Below are positions 56,332 to 64,000 of a stretch of DNA of 64,000 nucleotides, in pieces. The notes beneath the pieces are model-generated. The model did no database searches, was not told the origin of the DNA, and was given only the letters and a program-made list of their open reading frames with translations. Positions within the stretch are counted from its first letter, which is position 1, and each line of letters opens with the position of its first letter. This stretch comes from an uncultured virus (IMG/VR IMGVR_UViG_3300024268_000027). Taxonomy: Duplodnaviria > Heunggongvirae > Uroviricota > Caudoviricetes. The translations under genes and the position numbers were made by a program. The stretch is taken from IMG/VR virus record IMGVR_UViG_3300024268_000027. One strand, 5' to 3'.

Positions 56332-57138
56332 TTATCTCACCTCGTTTACATTGGATCTAAGTAATCCAGTACCATAAGTATCAATGTACTCTTGACCAAC
56401 AGCTTCTGCTCTCCAACGAGTTACCACTCTATATCCAAACGGACTGAAAACAATTTCCATGAATAATTCAACAAGTGCGCCCAGGGCTGCACAAGTTGTT
56501 ACACTCAACAGCGTCCATGTTGGATCTTGGAAAAGAACAATGAATAGTAAAAAGTTAAAGATCCAATTATCAACAAACTGACCAATCATTGTTGATATGT
56601 AAGCTCTTGTTACATACTCAGCTCTTGGAGTGTTCTTGTTCTTGAACAAGTTACCGATGGTCCAATTCATTGTGTTGTTAGCAACTGCAGAAACAATGAA
56701 TGCAACACTACTTGCCAACAAAACTTGCCAGGATCCAGCAAACAGAGAATTAACAGCTTCATTAGCAATGTTAAATCCTTCTTCTGTTGCATAATTCCAT
56801 GCAGGTGACCAAGCTCCGCCACCAATATTGATCATTGATGCAACTCCAAAAATACCGCAAACCAGTAGGTTTACAGCAAGTCCTACAAGAGACATTTTTG
56901 TTGCTGCTCGAGGTCCGAAATGCTGTGCCGTTAGATCCATTGCCATAAAAATGAGCCATGCACAGAGGATACCTCCATCAATGTCAATCCAATCTGTTGA
57001 CACAATAGTCTTGTTTGCCAATGTATTCATCAACACTACAGCCAAACAAAAAGCTGCAAGCAGTAGCGCCGGAATATTCTTTAACAAACTTTTGTATTCA
57101 GTTACTTCATCCTTGATCCAATTCTTTAGTCTAGTCAT
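56332..57138 (-). CDS. VUT/YhhQ-family queuosine-precursor transporter
   Basis: multi-TM; MN.LANK, DGG...F..MD....FG...A, ASS.AF..S, R...ST..GQ..DN..F. Confidence 0.85.
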   Translation of the reverse strand: MTRLKNWIKDEVTEYKSLLKNIPALLLAAFCLAVVLMNTLANKTIVSTDWIDIDGGILCAWLIFMAMDLTAQHFGPRAATKMSLVGLAVNLLVCGIFGVASMINIGGGAWSPAWNYATEEGFNIANEAVNSLFAGSWQVLLASSVAFIVSAVANNTMNWTIGNLFKNKNTPRAEYVTRAYISTMIGQFVDNWIFNFLLFIVLFQDPTWTLLSVTTCAALGALVELFMEIVFSPFGYRVVTRWRAEAVGQEYIDTYGTGLLRSNVNEVR

Positions 57139-57145
57139 ATTTGAT

Positions 57146-57208
57146 CTCCTTAGTTTGAATTTATATTTTTATCAAGGGCGAGGGATTGTAGGATCGAACA
57201 CCGCCCTT
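57146..57208 (-). ncRNA. candidate preQ1-I-like riboswitch or leader RNA
   Basis: AAGGGCG-[GUGUUCGAUCCUACAAUCCCU]-CGCCCUU stem-loop, then AUAAAAA...AAACUAAGGAG overlapping the transporter RBS. Confidence 0.5.
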
Positions 57209-57234
57209 ATTTATAAGTATTTATACAACAGTTA

Positions 57235-59724
57235 TCACAACTTCATTGTAAGAAGCCCTTCAAGCTGTTCATATGTTAGTTCTTCATTGTCTGCCAGAAA
57301 TTGCTGTTTAACTGATTCAGGATCTGCTCCTTGTGCAATCTTATCAGCAAATTTCTCTTGCAGTTTGGCAGCAACTTCGTCTTCATACCAATAACGAGTT
57401 ATAGTGGCATCGCACTTCATTGGGCAAGCTACATCCTCAGCTACAGATTCAATCATAACTTGCGACAATCTTTCACCACAAGCTTCTGCGTATTCTTCAG
57501 GACACTCTCCAATCAATTCATCATGAACACAGATAAGCATTTTGAATCCCATACGCCTCAATTCCGGATCGGAATGAACTTTATTCATCGCAATTTTCGT
57601 GATTGTTGCAGCACCACCTTGAATACGGGCATTGACACATTGTCTTTCAGCTTGAGCTATGAATCCACCGTTTTCATGAATTTCGATGCCCTTTGCAAGA
57701 GCTTCAGACTTTAACTTTTCCATCTCTTTCCTACCGCGAGTAGCAAGAGCTTTCTCTTTATAGATGTCAATATCTGATTGCGTGCTTGCACTATATTTGC
57801 CAGTTGATCCAAGTAACGGATTGAAATCAGACGGTACAACAACTCTATCCTTGTCTGAATACCGAACCTCCACAGGAGGTCGTAAAATATCAGGAAGTCT
57901 ACGTCTACGACCCCAATGATCTTCAACATAGCCGTTGATCTTTGCATCCGCTTGCGTCTTATCAATCCACTTCTTAACTGCGGGATACCCCTTGAAGAAA
58001 GTATCAATAATCTTTTGAGCTTCTTGAATTGGCTGATTGATCTGTTCAGCAATTGATGCGGCACCACGACCATACATCAGTCCCAACAGGATACTCTTAC
58101 AATTTGAACGACGCTTCTTTCCTTCGGGATTTGGAGAACCATCCTCGTAGTGTTCCATGTTATCCCAGTAGCCGTTGTTGTACACCTTTGTAGCAATTGT
58201 TGCATAAAGGTCTTGTTTATTTCTGTAAGCAGTGATCATTGCTTGATCTCCTGCCATTGAACACAGCAATCTCGGTTCCTGCTGGGAAAAGTCGCTGCCG
58301 ACCAATACTTTTCCCTCACCCGCTCTAAACAGCATACGAATGTCCTTCAAGTGAGAAGGAATGTTCTGCAAGTTGGGATCACTTGAACTGAATCGACCGG
58401 TGTCAGCACCAATCTGATTAAAATGTGCATGAAGTCTACCAGTTTCCGGAATGACACATTGAGGAAGTTTATCAACATATGTACCAATTATCTTTTCTAA
58501 GCCACGCTTTTCCAAGATTAGTTTAACAATGGGATAATCCATCTTCAACAAGATGTCTTCACCAGTTCCTCGAGGACTCTTCTTATCAACCACAGGATGC
58601 TTCAAAACATCATAGAAGAATATAGCTAACTGTGTCGGGCTTGTAACACTCATTGGATCAGAGAGCTGTTCGTTCTTTGACTTGGTCCATGTCTCTTCAC
58701 CCTTCTTGTTAAGCTTCTTTTCCTTATGATTTGCCTCTGGAGTCTTTCTCCATTCTGCAATTATCTGATCATACTGATGTAATGTCTCTTCAATCTGTTT
58801 GTCAATTGCATCAAGTTTCTTGTGATACTTTGCACTTAACCGCTCACCGTATTCTTTATCAATCTCAATACCTGCAAGTTCCATATCTGCACAAACACGA
58901 ACAATCGGCATCTCAATATTCTTAAAGAGATTGTACATTCGTTCGTAACCTGGCTGAGCAAATTGAGATTTCTGCCACTCATACAACTTATAAGTCATAA
59001 AAGCGTCAGTAGCTGCATATAATGCAAAAAGTTCAGGAGAAACTTTTGCATACTCAATTCCTTCAAAAAGTTTCTCAATAGAATACTTCTCAATAGAAGG
59101 GTCAATCTTACTGATATACTGTTGCTTCAAGTTTGCTCGTTCATTTTCATCAAGAATACGAGAAGCAATCATTGTATCCCAGAAGATTTCAAGTTCATTA
59201 CCACATGTACACTTGATAACCTCAAAGTCGAACTTACCATTGTGCATAATAATCTGAACATCAGTAAGTCGTTCAAGCTGTCTTCGGATCTGCTCCTCAG
59301 TAACCTGATTCGGAAGCAACTCACCAGTATGAATGTTTTCATGATTAACAGGAATATAAGCGTTCTTCATTCCTGGGGTATACAAACAGAGTCCCATTAT
59401 CTTACATGTAAGAGGAACAAGACTATTATTTGTTTCAGTATCAACTGCAATAACTGAATTCAGAATTGCTTTATCAATATATTCAGCTAATTCCTCCTCA
59501 GTCCTCAGAACAACAGTTTGATCTTTGTAAACACCCAAGATTCGGTATACTTCAGCCTCAATCATTGCAAGTTTTTCAGCTGTTGTAACTTTGTTTGAGG
59601 ATCTAACAACCCTCTCAGTTGTTGTAGTTACCTTCTTAGGTTTTGATACTTTATCAATAACTTTCTTCTGTTGCTTTGGAGGAGGGGTGAAAGTAAATTC
59701 TTCACCCCATAGAGAATCTGCCAT
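57235..59724 (-). CDS. polA: family A DNA polymerase with 3'-5' exonuclease
   Basis: DTET, HNGKFD, YAATD, TGRFSSSDPNLQNIP, DFSQQEPR, KSILLGLMYG, IQG.AA, VHDE. Confidence 0.96.
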   Translation of the reverse strand: MADSLWGEEFTFTPPPKQQKKVIDKVSKPKKVTTTTERVVRSSNKVTTAEKLAMIEAEVYRILGVYKDQTVVLRTEEELAEYIDKAILNSVIAVDTETNNSLVPLTCKIMGLCLYTPGMKNAYIPVNHENIHTGELLPNQVTEEQIRRQLERLTDVQIIMHNGKFDFEVIKCTCGNELEIFWDTMIASRILDENERANLKQQYISKIDPSIEKYSIEKLFEGIEYAKVSPELFALYAATDAFMTYKLYEWQKSQFAQPGYERMYNLFKNIEMPIVRVCADMELAGIEIDKEYGERLSAKYHKKLDAIDKQIEETLHQYDQIIAEWRKTPEANHKEKKLNKKGEETWTKSKNEQLSDPMSVTSPTQLAIFFYDVLKHPVVDKKSPRGTGEDILLKMDYPIVKLILEKRGLEKIIGTYVDKLPQCVIPETGRLHAHFNQIGADTGRFSSSDPNLQNIPSHLKDIRMLFRAGEGKVLVGSDFSQQEPRLLCSMAGDQAMITAYRNKQDLYATIATKVYNNGYWDNMEHYEDGSPNPEGKKRRSNCKSILLGLMYGRGAASIAEQINQPIQEAQKIIDTFFKGYPAVKKWIDKTQADAKINGYVEDHWGRRRRLPDILRPPVEVRYSDKDRVVVPSDFNPLLGSTGKYSASTQSDIDIYKEKALATRGRKEMEKLKSEALAKGIEIHENGGFIAQAERQCVNARIQGGAATITKIAMNKVHSDPELRRMGFKMLICVHDELIGECPEEYAEACGERLSQVMIESVAEDVACPMKCDATITRYWYEDEVAAKLQEKFADKIAQGADPESVKQQFLADNEELTYEQLEGLLTMKL

Positions 59725-59745
59725 ATTCTCTTACCTCACAAAATC

Positions 59746-60690
59746 TTAGTAACGACGAGGTCTCTCAAATCCGCCAGGGGCAGAAGTCGGAGCTGCCTCC
59801 CACGGCATACGCTGAACAGGGGCTTCCTGTGCAGAAGCAGTCATAGGGGCAGGAGCATACTGGGGCTGTGCAATAGGGGCGGGTTGAGTGTATGCTACAG
59901 GCTGCTGAGGAACAACAGGGGCTGCATACTGCTGAGGAGGGACCTGAGTTGCATCCGCATAAGTTGCAGGAGCAGTTGCATACTGCTGAGGAACAACAGG
60001 TGCTACTGGAGCTGTCTGAGCTTGAGGAGCTGCATTAGTAGCCTGACGAGCAGGGAACTCACCTGTTGCTAAGAAATGATTCATTTCGTCTGCAGTTCTA
60101 TCCATTACAACAGTACCGAATGCTTCAAAATCTCCAAACAGATTGGTTTCTTTAACATAGATCTCATCTTTGTAAACAGCTTTACTCAGATTGGGAACAA
60201 TCTCGTAAGTAGTTTGCATATCTCCTGCCTTGCCATGACGAATAATCTTACAGATAACATCAGACAAAGGACCATAGTTATCTAGATAAGACTTCAAAGT
60301 CTTTGCATAAGCTGTTGAACGCTCCCACATCATTGCCTTCGGAACAACTTTCACAACTCCGGTAGTAGGGTCAGTAACCTTATCATACTGAATCAGCTTG
60401 ATAAAGAATCTGTTATTGATTCTTGCTCCGCTCTTACACAGAGGACAGTTATCCAGAGGCTCGCGAGGATCCCGAATACAGTTGACCTTACGATAGCGAG
60501 ATCCAATCTGAACTTCGTGACAGGTCAGAATCTCAAAATCATCAGTACTGTCGCACATGAAACGAACAACAGCCTCGTCATTGTCGTTCTTCAATGTGAA
60601 GAAACCAACATCAGAACCAGGAGCACCATTTCCTTGAGCCTGAGCTTCAATTTCATCTACATTGTTGAAATTAACTTTTGCCATTATCAT
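59746..60690 (-). CDS. gp32-like single-stranded DNA-binding protein
   Basis: FFTLKND.DEA.VRF, H, C...CPLC, WER, R.G..GD..T.Y; Pro/Ala/Gln-rich tail. Confidence 0.7.
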   Translation of the reverse strand: MIMAKVNFNNVDEIEAQAQGNGAPGSDVGFFTLKNDNDEAVVRFMCDSTDDFEILTCHEVQIGSRYRKVNCIRDPREPLDNCPLCKSGARINNRFFIKLIQYDKVTDPTTGVVKVVPKAMMWERSTAYAKTLKSYLDNYGPLSDVICKIIRHGKAGDMQTTYEIVPNLSKAVYKDEIYVKETNLFGDFEAFGTVVMDRTADEMNHFLATGEFPARQATNAAPQAQTAPVAPVVPQQYATAPATYADATQVPPQQYAAPVVPQQPVAYTQPAPIAQPQYAPAPMTASAQEAPVQRMPWEAAPTSAPGGFERPRRY

Positions 60691-60719
60691 TCTCCTTAGT
60701 TGGTAGTTTATGCAACCAT

Positions 60720-60750
60720 ATTATATTTAAGCTGATCGGAATGATCAACT
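60720..60750 (-). promoter_or_regulatory. phage consensus promoter
   Basis: AG-TTGATC-N17-TATAAT overlapping the primase stop. Confidence 0.8.
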
Positions 60751-61695
60751 TTGATTGTAGTAATAATCAATTTCTTCTTTTGTTAAATCATTAACATCTT
60801 TTCCAGCGGGAAGTTTAACTTCAGTTATAAATACATCTTTTGGCATATTTTTACGGAATCTCATTGCACCCTTTGCTCCCGCTTCATCACCGTCAAAAAA
60901 CAGAACATAATTTCTTATCCCACATTTACGCAATGTTTCGTACTGCTTCTCACTTCCCGTGCCGAAGAGACCTATAGATGGATAATTGAATGTTCTGAGA
61001 TATAGGGCATTAAGTTGACTTTCACAAACAAAAGCAGTATCTGATCCTCTCTCAAGAAGATCATATAACAAATAAACTGGTTTATCAACATCAGCTGGAA
61101 TCCAGAATCTCTTAGTTTTTGTGCTACGAGCAGTAACCATAACTAGTCGATGTTTCTCATCATATACTGGAAATGTTATTGCATCTCTTGTTTTATCATA
61201 CCCAACACGAAATCTATCAACAACTTCCTTTGTTAACTTTCTCGTCCACATGTATGGATGATAGTAATCAAAAGCTGTTAAACAACTTTCATCAAGAAAC
61301 TTCCTAACTTCTGGTCTTGGTTGATCTACAGTTATTTCAGGAAGAACTACCTCTTGTTGAACAAGAACATCGCCGTACCTTTCAACAAGCCATTCCTCAC
61401 CGAATTGTAAGGACTCATCAAACAGATCAGCAATTAGCTGAGGAAATGGAGCATCATACCCACAAGACCAACAATGAGCAAATCCAACTTCAAGATCACC
61501 TTCAGGATTTATCAAAACATTACAACTAGCGTGCCGTTCTTTGCCTCCCTTGTGACAAGGGCAGCTTATGAGAATGTTGTCACCCTTCGGTCGTGTAATC
61601 TCTCTTAGTTTGCCATTCGTGAGCTCTCTCTGAACCTGATACAGAATATACTCGATAGGTTCAGTTATCATTTTATTCCGTATCTTGATGTGCAT
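60745..61695 (-). CDS. dnaG: DNA primase (CHC2 zinc finger + TOPRIM)
   Basis: CPCH...HCWSC, VCES, FDGDEAG, KDVND. Confidence 0.9.
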   Translation of the reverse strand: MHIKIRNKMITEPIEYILYQVQRELTNGKLREITRPKGDNILISCPCHKGGKERHASCNVLINPEGDLEVGFAHCWSCGYDAPFPQLIADLFDESLQFGEEWLVERYGDVLVQQEVVLPEITVDQPRPEVRKFLDESCLTAFDYYHPYMWTRKLTKEVVDRFRVGYDKTRDAITFPVYDEKHRLVMVTARSTKTKRFWIPADVDKPVYLLYDLLERGSDTAFVCESQLNALYLRTFNYPSIGLFGTGSEKQYETLRKCGIRNYVLFFDGDEAGAKGAMRFRKNMPKDVFITEVKLPAGKDVNDLTKEEIDYYYNQS

Positions 61696-62972
61696 TAAAA
61701 CGGATTTCCTCCATCATAAGTGGGTTCAAACTCTTGTCTCAATTCCTCACAAGAAGATCCTTCCAGAGCGTCATCCTCATTCGGGATAAACTGAAATACA
61801 CCCTTATCAAGATCAATCGCGTATTTCAATTTCACTCCAGCTCCGTTGTCTCTAGATTTTGCAAGATGCATTGTTAAAACATGATTTTTCTGTTCAAGAA
61901 ATACAACAACAGTACTATCCTGACCGATTCTATCAGCTTGAGCAATGTGAGAAACATCAATAACTGAATTCTCATCAACCATATTTCTATTCTGCTGAGA
62001 CACAGTAATAATTGGAATGCGTTTCAAAACTTGTAGATTTTTTAAGTCTTTTGAAATGTTAGCTGCTCGTGTTACTGGATCTTTTGCTCTTCTTTGATCT
62101 TCCATCAGAGAATGCTGATCAATAAACAGGATATCAAGTTGTTCCTTCTCAATAAACGCCTCAAGATCCATAACAGTTGCAGAGTGTTTTATCATCTTAG
62201 GGGTAATAACTTTGATACACCCAGAAAATCTTGATTCCATTGAATCTAAGAATGCTTTATAGTTGTTCATCAACTCTGCATTACCGTGGATGATTCCGCT
62301 GTTTGAGATGTGCCCCGCAAGAGTATCAAATCTGTATCCAACCTTGATTTCGCTCATCTCACCAGAGTAGAGACCGCACCGTAATCCTTGTTCTGCAGCA
62401 GCCATTGCACATCTAAGAAGCACCCAGGACTTACCCACACCGGGACGAGCTACAATTGTTGCATATTCTTCAAGTCTATCCCAACCACCGATCAATTCAT
62501 CCAGTTCATTAAAACCAGTCTTGACATAGTACTTTGAAAAATCCTGTGTTCTCTCTAAATATGCATCATAACGTGAGGTATCGCGAATGATATCGACACA
62601 ATCAATGTGAGTTGAGGATAATACATCTTGAGAAGATGTTGTAAAGAGCGCCATTGCTCCCTCAATGTCACCGGAATTGATTCTATCACGAACGCCGTTA
62701 AATACACGAGCTAGTGTTCTCTTGTTTCTATCACGATAAAGTTCATCAATAAGATAGTTTGGATTCTCTCTAACTTCAATCCAATCAAAATCAACGAACT
62801 TGCTTGCAAATGTTAGTCTATCAGGAACTTGCCCATACTGACTCATATGGTCACGAATGAAACTGTATTCCTCAACATAATCTGAAAAGAAAGTATCGTC
62901 AACATTGTTAACTTTAAGTAGAGATGCATCTCCAGTTTGAAGTAAGTAATTGAGTAGCTGTAACTGTACCAT
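61695..62972 (-). CDS. dnaB: replicative DnaB-like helicase
   Basis: TGFNELD, ARPGVGKS, SGEM, FIDQ, SQQNR, IGQD, KSRD. Confidence 0.92.
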   Translation of the reverse strand: MVQLQLLNYLLQTGDASLLKVNNVDDTFFSDYVEEYSFIRDHMSQYGQVPDRLTFASKFVDFDWIEVRENPNYLIDELYRDRNKRTLARVFNGVRDRINSGDIEGAMALFTTSSQDVLSSTHIDCVDIIRDTSRYDAYLERTQDFSKYYVKTGFNELDELIGGWDRLEEYATIVARPGVGKSWVLLRCAMAAAEQGLRCGLYSGEMSEIKVGYRFDTLAGHISNSGIIHGNAELMNNYKAFLDSMESRFSGCIKVITPKMIKHSATVMDLEAFIEKEQLDILFIDQHSLMEDQRRAKDPVTRAANISKDLKNLQVLKRIPIITVSQQNRNMVDENSVIDVSHIAQADRIGQDSTVVVFLEQKNHVLTMHLAKSRDNGAGVKLKYAIDLDKGVFQFIPNEDDALEGSSCEELRQEFEPTYDGGNPF

Positions 62973-62975
62973 CTG

Positions 62976-63686
62976 TTATACTGCTCCTCTCTTATCACTT
63001 CCAAACAACTCAATATCTACTGATAAGTTCATGATTCTACTGTACAGCCTATCTCCAACCTTCTCACGAAGCTCAAGCCCTGTAAGATTAGATGTATAGA
63101 TATTTGATTTGTTCATATCAATCCGTGTATTTATCAGATTCAATATCTGTTCATGTTCCCATGTAGTTAATGCTTTTGTTCCAACTTCATCAAAAACAAC
63201 AAGATCTGCTGTAAATATATTTTTCTTTACATGTTGAATGTAGTCATTTGTTTCGCTGATGCTATCTTTCAACGCAAGAATAAATCGAGGAACATTGATA
63301 AACAGAACTTTACATTTGAGATCAGACTTGAACCAAATCTTCCCGATGTAGCTCTGTAGCAATCGTAATGCCCACGCTGTTTTACCGTTACCACATGTTG
63401 TAGAGTGTAGATAAAGATTGTTTCCGCCACCAACAAATTTCTCGATATTTACCTCAATTGACTTCAATTTGTTGAATGCTTCACAATCTGTTCCATCTTC
63501 ATCGATCCTTAGAGGAACATGTTGACGTTGTTTCATTGACATCAAAGACTCTTCATACAAATAGTTCATCCGAAACAATCTTGGACAATAGATGTTTTGA
63601 GTCTTACATTCTGCTTCAGGATTATTCTGATACTTCCAACAAGTGGATCTAAGATAACATTCATCACTTAATTGAATTCCTGACAC
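62976..63686 (-). CDS. DnaC/IstB-like helicase loader ATPase
   Basis: CGNGKT, LVVFDEVG, IYTSN, R.YSR. Confidence 0.85.
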   Translation of the reverse strand: MSGIQLSDECYLRSTCWKYQNNPEAECKTQNIYCPRLFRMNYLYEESLMSMKQRQHVPLRIDEDGTDCEAFNKLKSIEVNIEKFVGGGNNLYLHSTTCGNGKTAWALRLLQSYIGKIWFKSDLKCKVLFINVPRFILALKDSISETNDYIQHVKKNIFTADLVVFDEVGTKALTTWEHEQILNLINTRIDMNKSNIYTSNLTGLELREKVGDRLYSRIMNLSVDIELFGSDKRGAV

Positions 63687-63703
63687 TGCGCCTCCTCCCT
63701 GCC

Positions 63704-64000
63704 TCAGAATACTTCATTGCTAAGTCGTTTTCTAACGGGTGTAGCTGGCTGAACATTTGAACCCTTGTTAGGCGGCTGTGTCAGTTTTAACGAAGTAAAA
63801 GTATATCCGACCTTGTAATCTTTGTTATATGTGTTGATTGCCCAAGTAATATCTCTATATGCATTGATGGATGCAATTTCAAGTACTTTTAGAGCAATAT
63901 CCAGATTTCTTCCTGAAAATTCATCAATCCGTGCCTGTGCAGCTACGACAGCTTGTTTTGTCATAAATCCATCTTTTTCGTATACTGCATCAATCCAGGA
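63704..64000 (-). CDS. hypothetical protein, partial (5' end beyond window); possible replication initiator
   Basis: Frame stays open to the window edge (SWIDAVYEKDGFMTK...); upstream of the dnaC-like gene. Confidence 0.6.
   Translation of the reverse strand, partial: SWIDAVYEKDGFMTKQAVVAAQARIDEFSGRNLDIALKVLEIASINAYRDITWAINTYNKDYKVGYTFTSLKLTQPPNKGSNVQPATPVRKRLSNEVF

Noticed and set aside
57170..57210. tRNA (GTTCGA resembles a T-loop)
   Set aside because: No cloverleaf; only one hairpin. The context fits a leader RNA better. No tRNA was recognised elsewhere by eye
57650..57900. Intein or intron in polA
   Set aside because: The insertion is short and in frame, with no Cys/Ser start, His-Asn end or homing endonuclease motifs
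59800..60040. Tandem repeat or CRISPR-like array
   Set aside because: Degenerate coding repeats (PVVPQQ, PQQYA) in the SSB's low-complexity tail; no fixed repeat-spacer period. No CRISPR array seen in the window
62976..63686. IS21 transposon helper IstB
   Set aside because: No IstA transposase or terminal repeats; position directly upstream of dnaB indicates a helicase loader
1..64000. Stop-codon reassignment
   Set aside because: Conserved genes are full length under the standard code, and TAA, TAG and TGA all end genes

Overview
A gene-dense, AT-rich segment of a large dsDNA phage genome. Every credible gene is on the minus strand and the standard genetic code reads through. The host is inferred to be an anaerobic Firmicute (class III RNR, GGAGG-type RBSs, sigma-A-like promoters). 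Reading in the direction of transcription (right to left), the window holds: a replication block (DnaC-like loader, DnaB, primase, gp32-like SSB, family-A polymerase); a VUT/YhhQ transporter with a preQ1-riboswitch-like leader; a DpdA/TGT-like transglycosylase + SDR + glycosyltransferase operon; a beta-clamp, RecU, RecA, the three-subunit clamp loader and SbcCD; a degenerate peptide deformylase; NrdDG with a redoxin and an FTR-like protein; LigA and RecJ; an accessory region of small ORFs with RNA-repair genes (RNA ligase, PNK-HD, nucleotidyltransferase, Thg1, NADAR); bS21 and ThyX; and a PurA-like/vWA module. Eighteen copies of an AGTTGANN-N17-TA(T/C)AAT promoter punctuate the window. The best candidate for a new system is a salvage-fed 7-deazaguanine DNA hypermodification cassette whose enzymes end in near-identical KVDL(W/F) tails, which may tether them to the phage's own sliding clamp. 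All family calls come from motif recognition by eye; no database searches were run.
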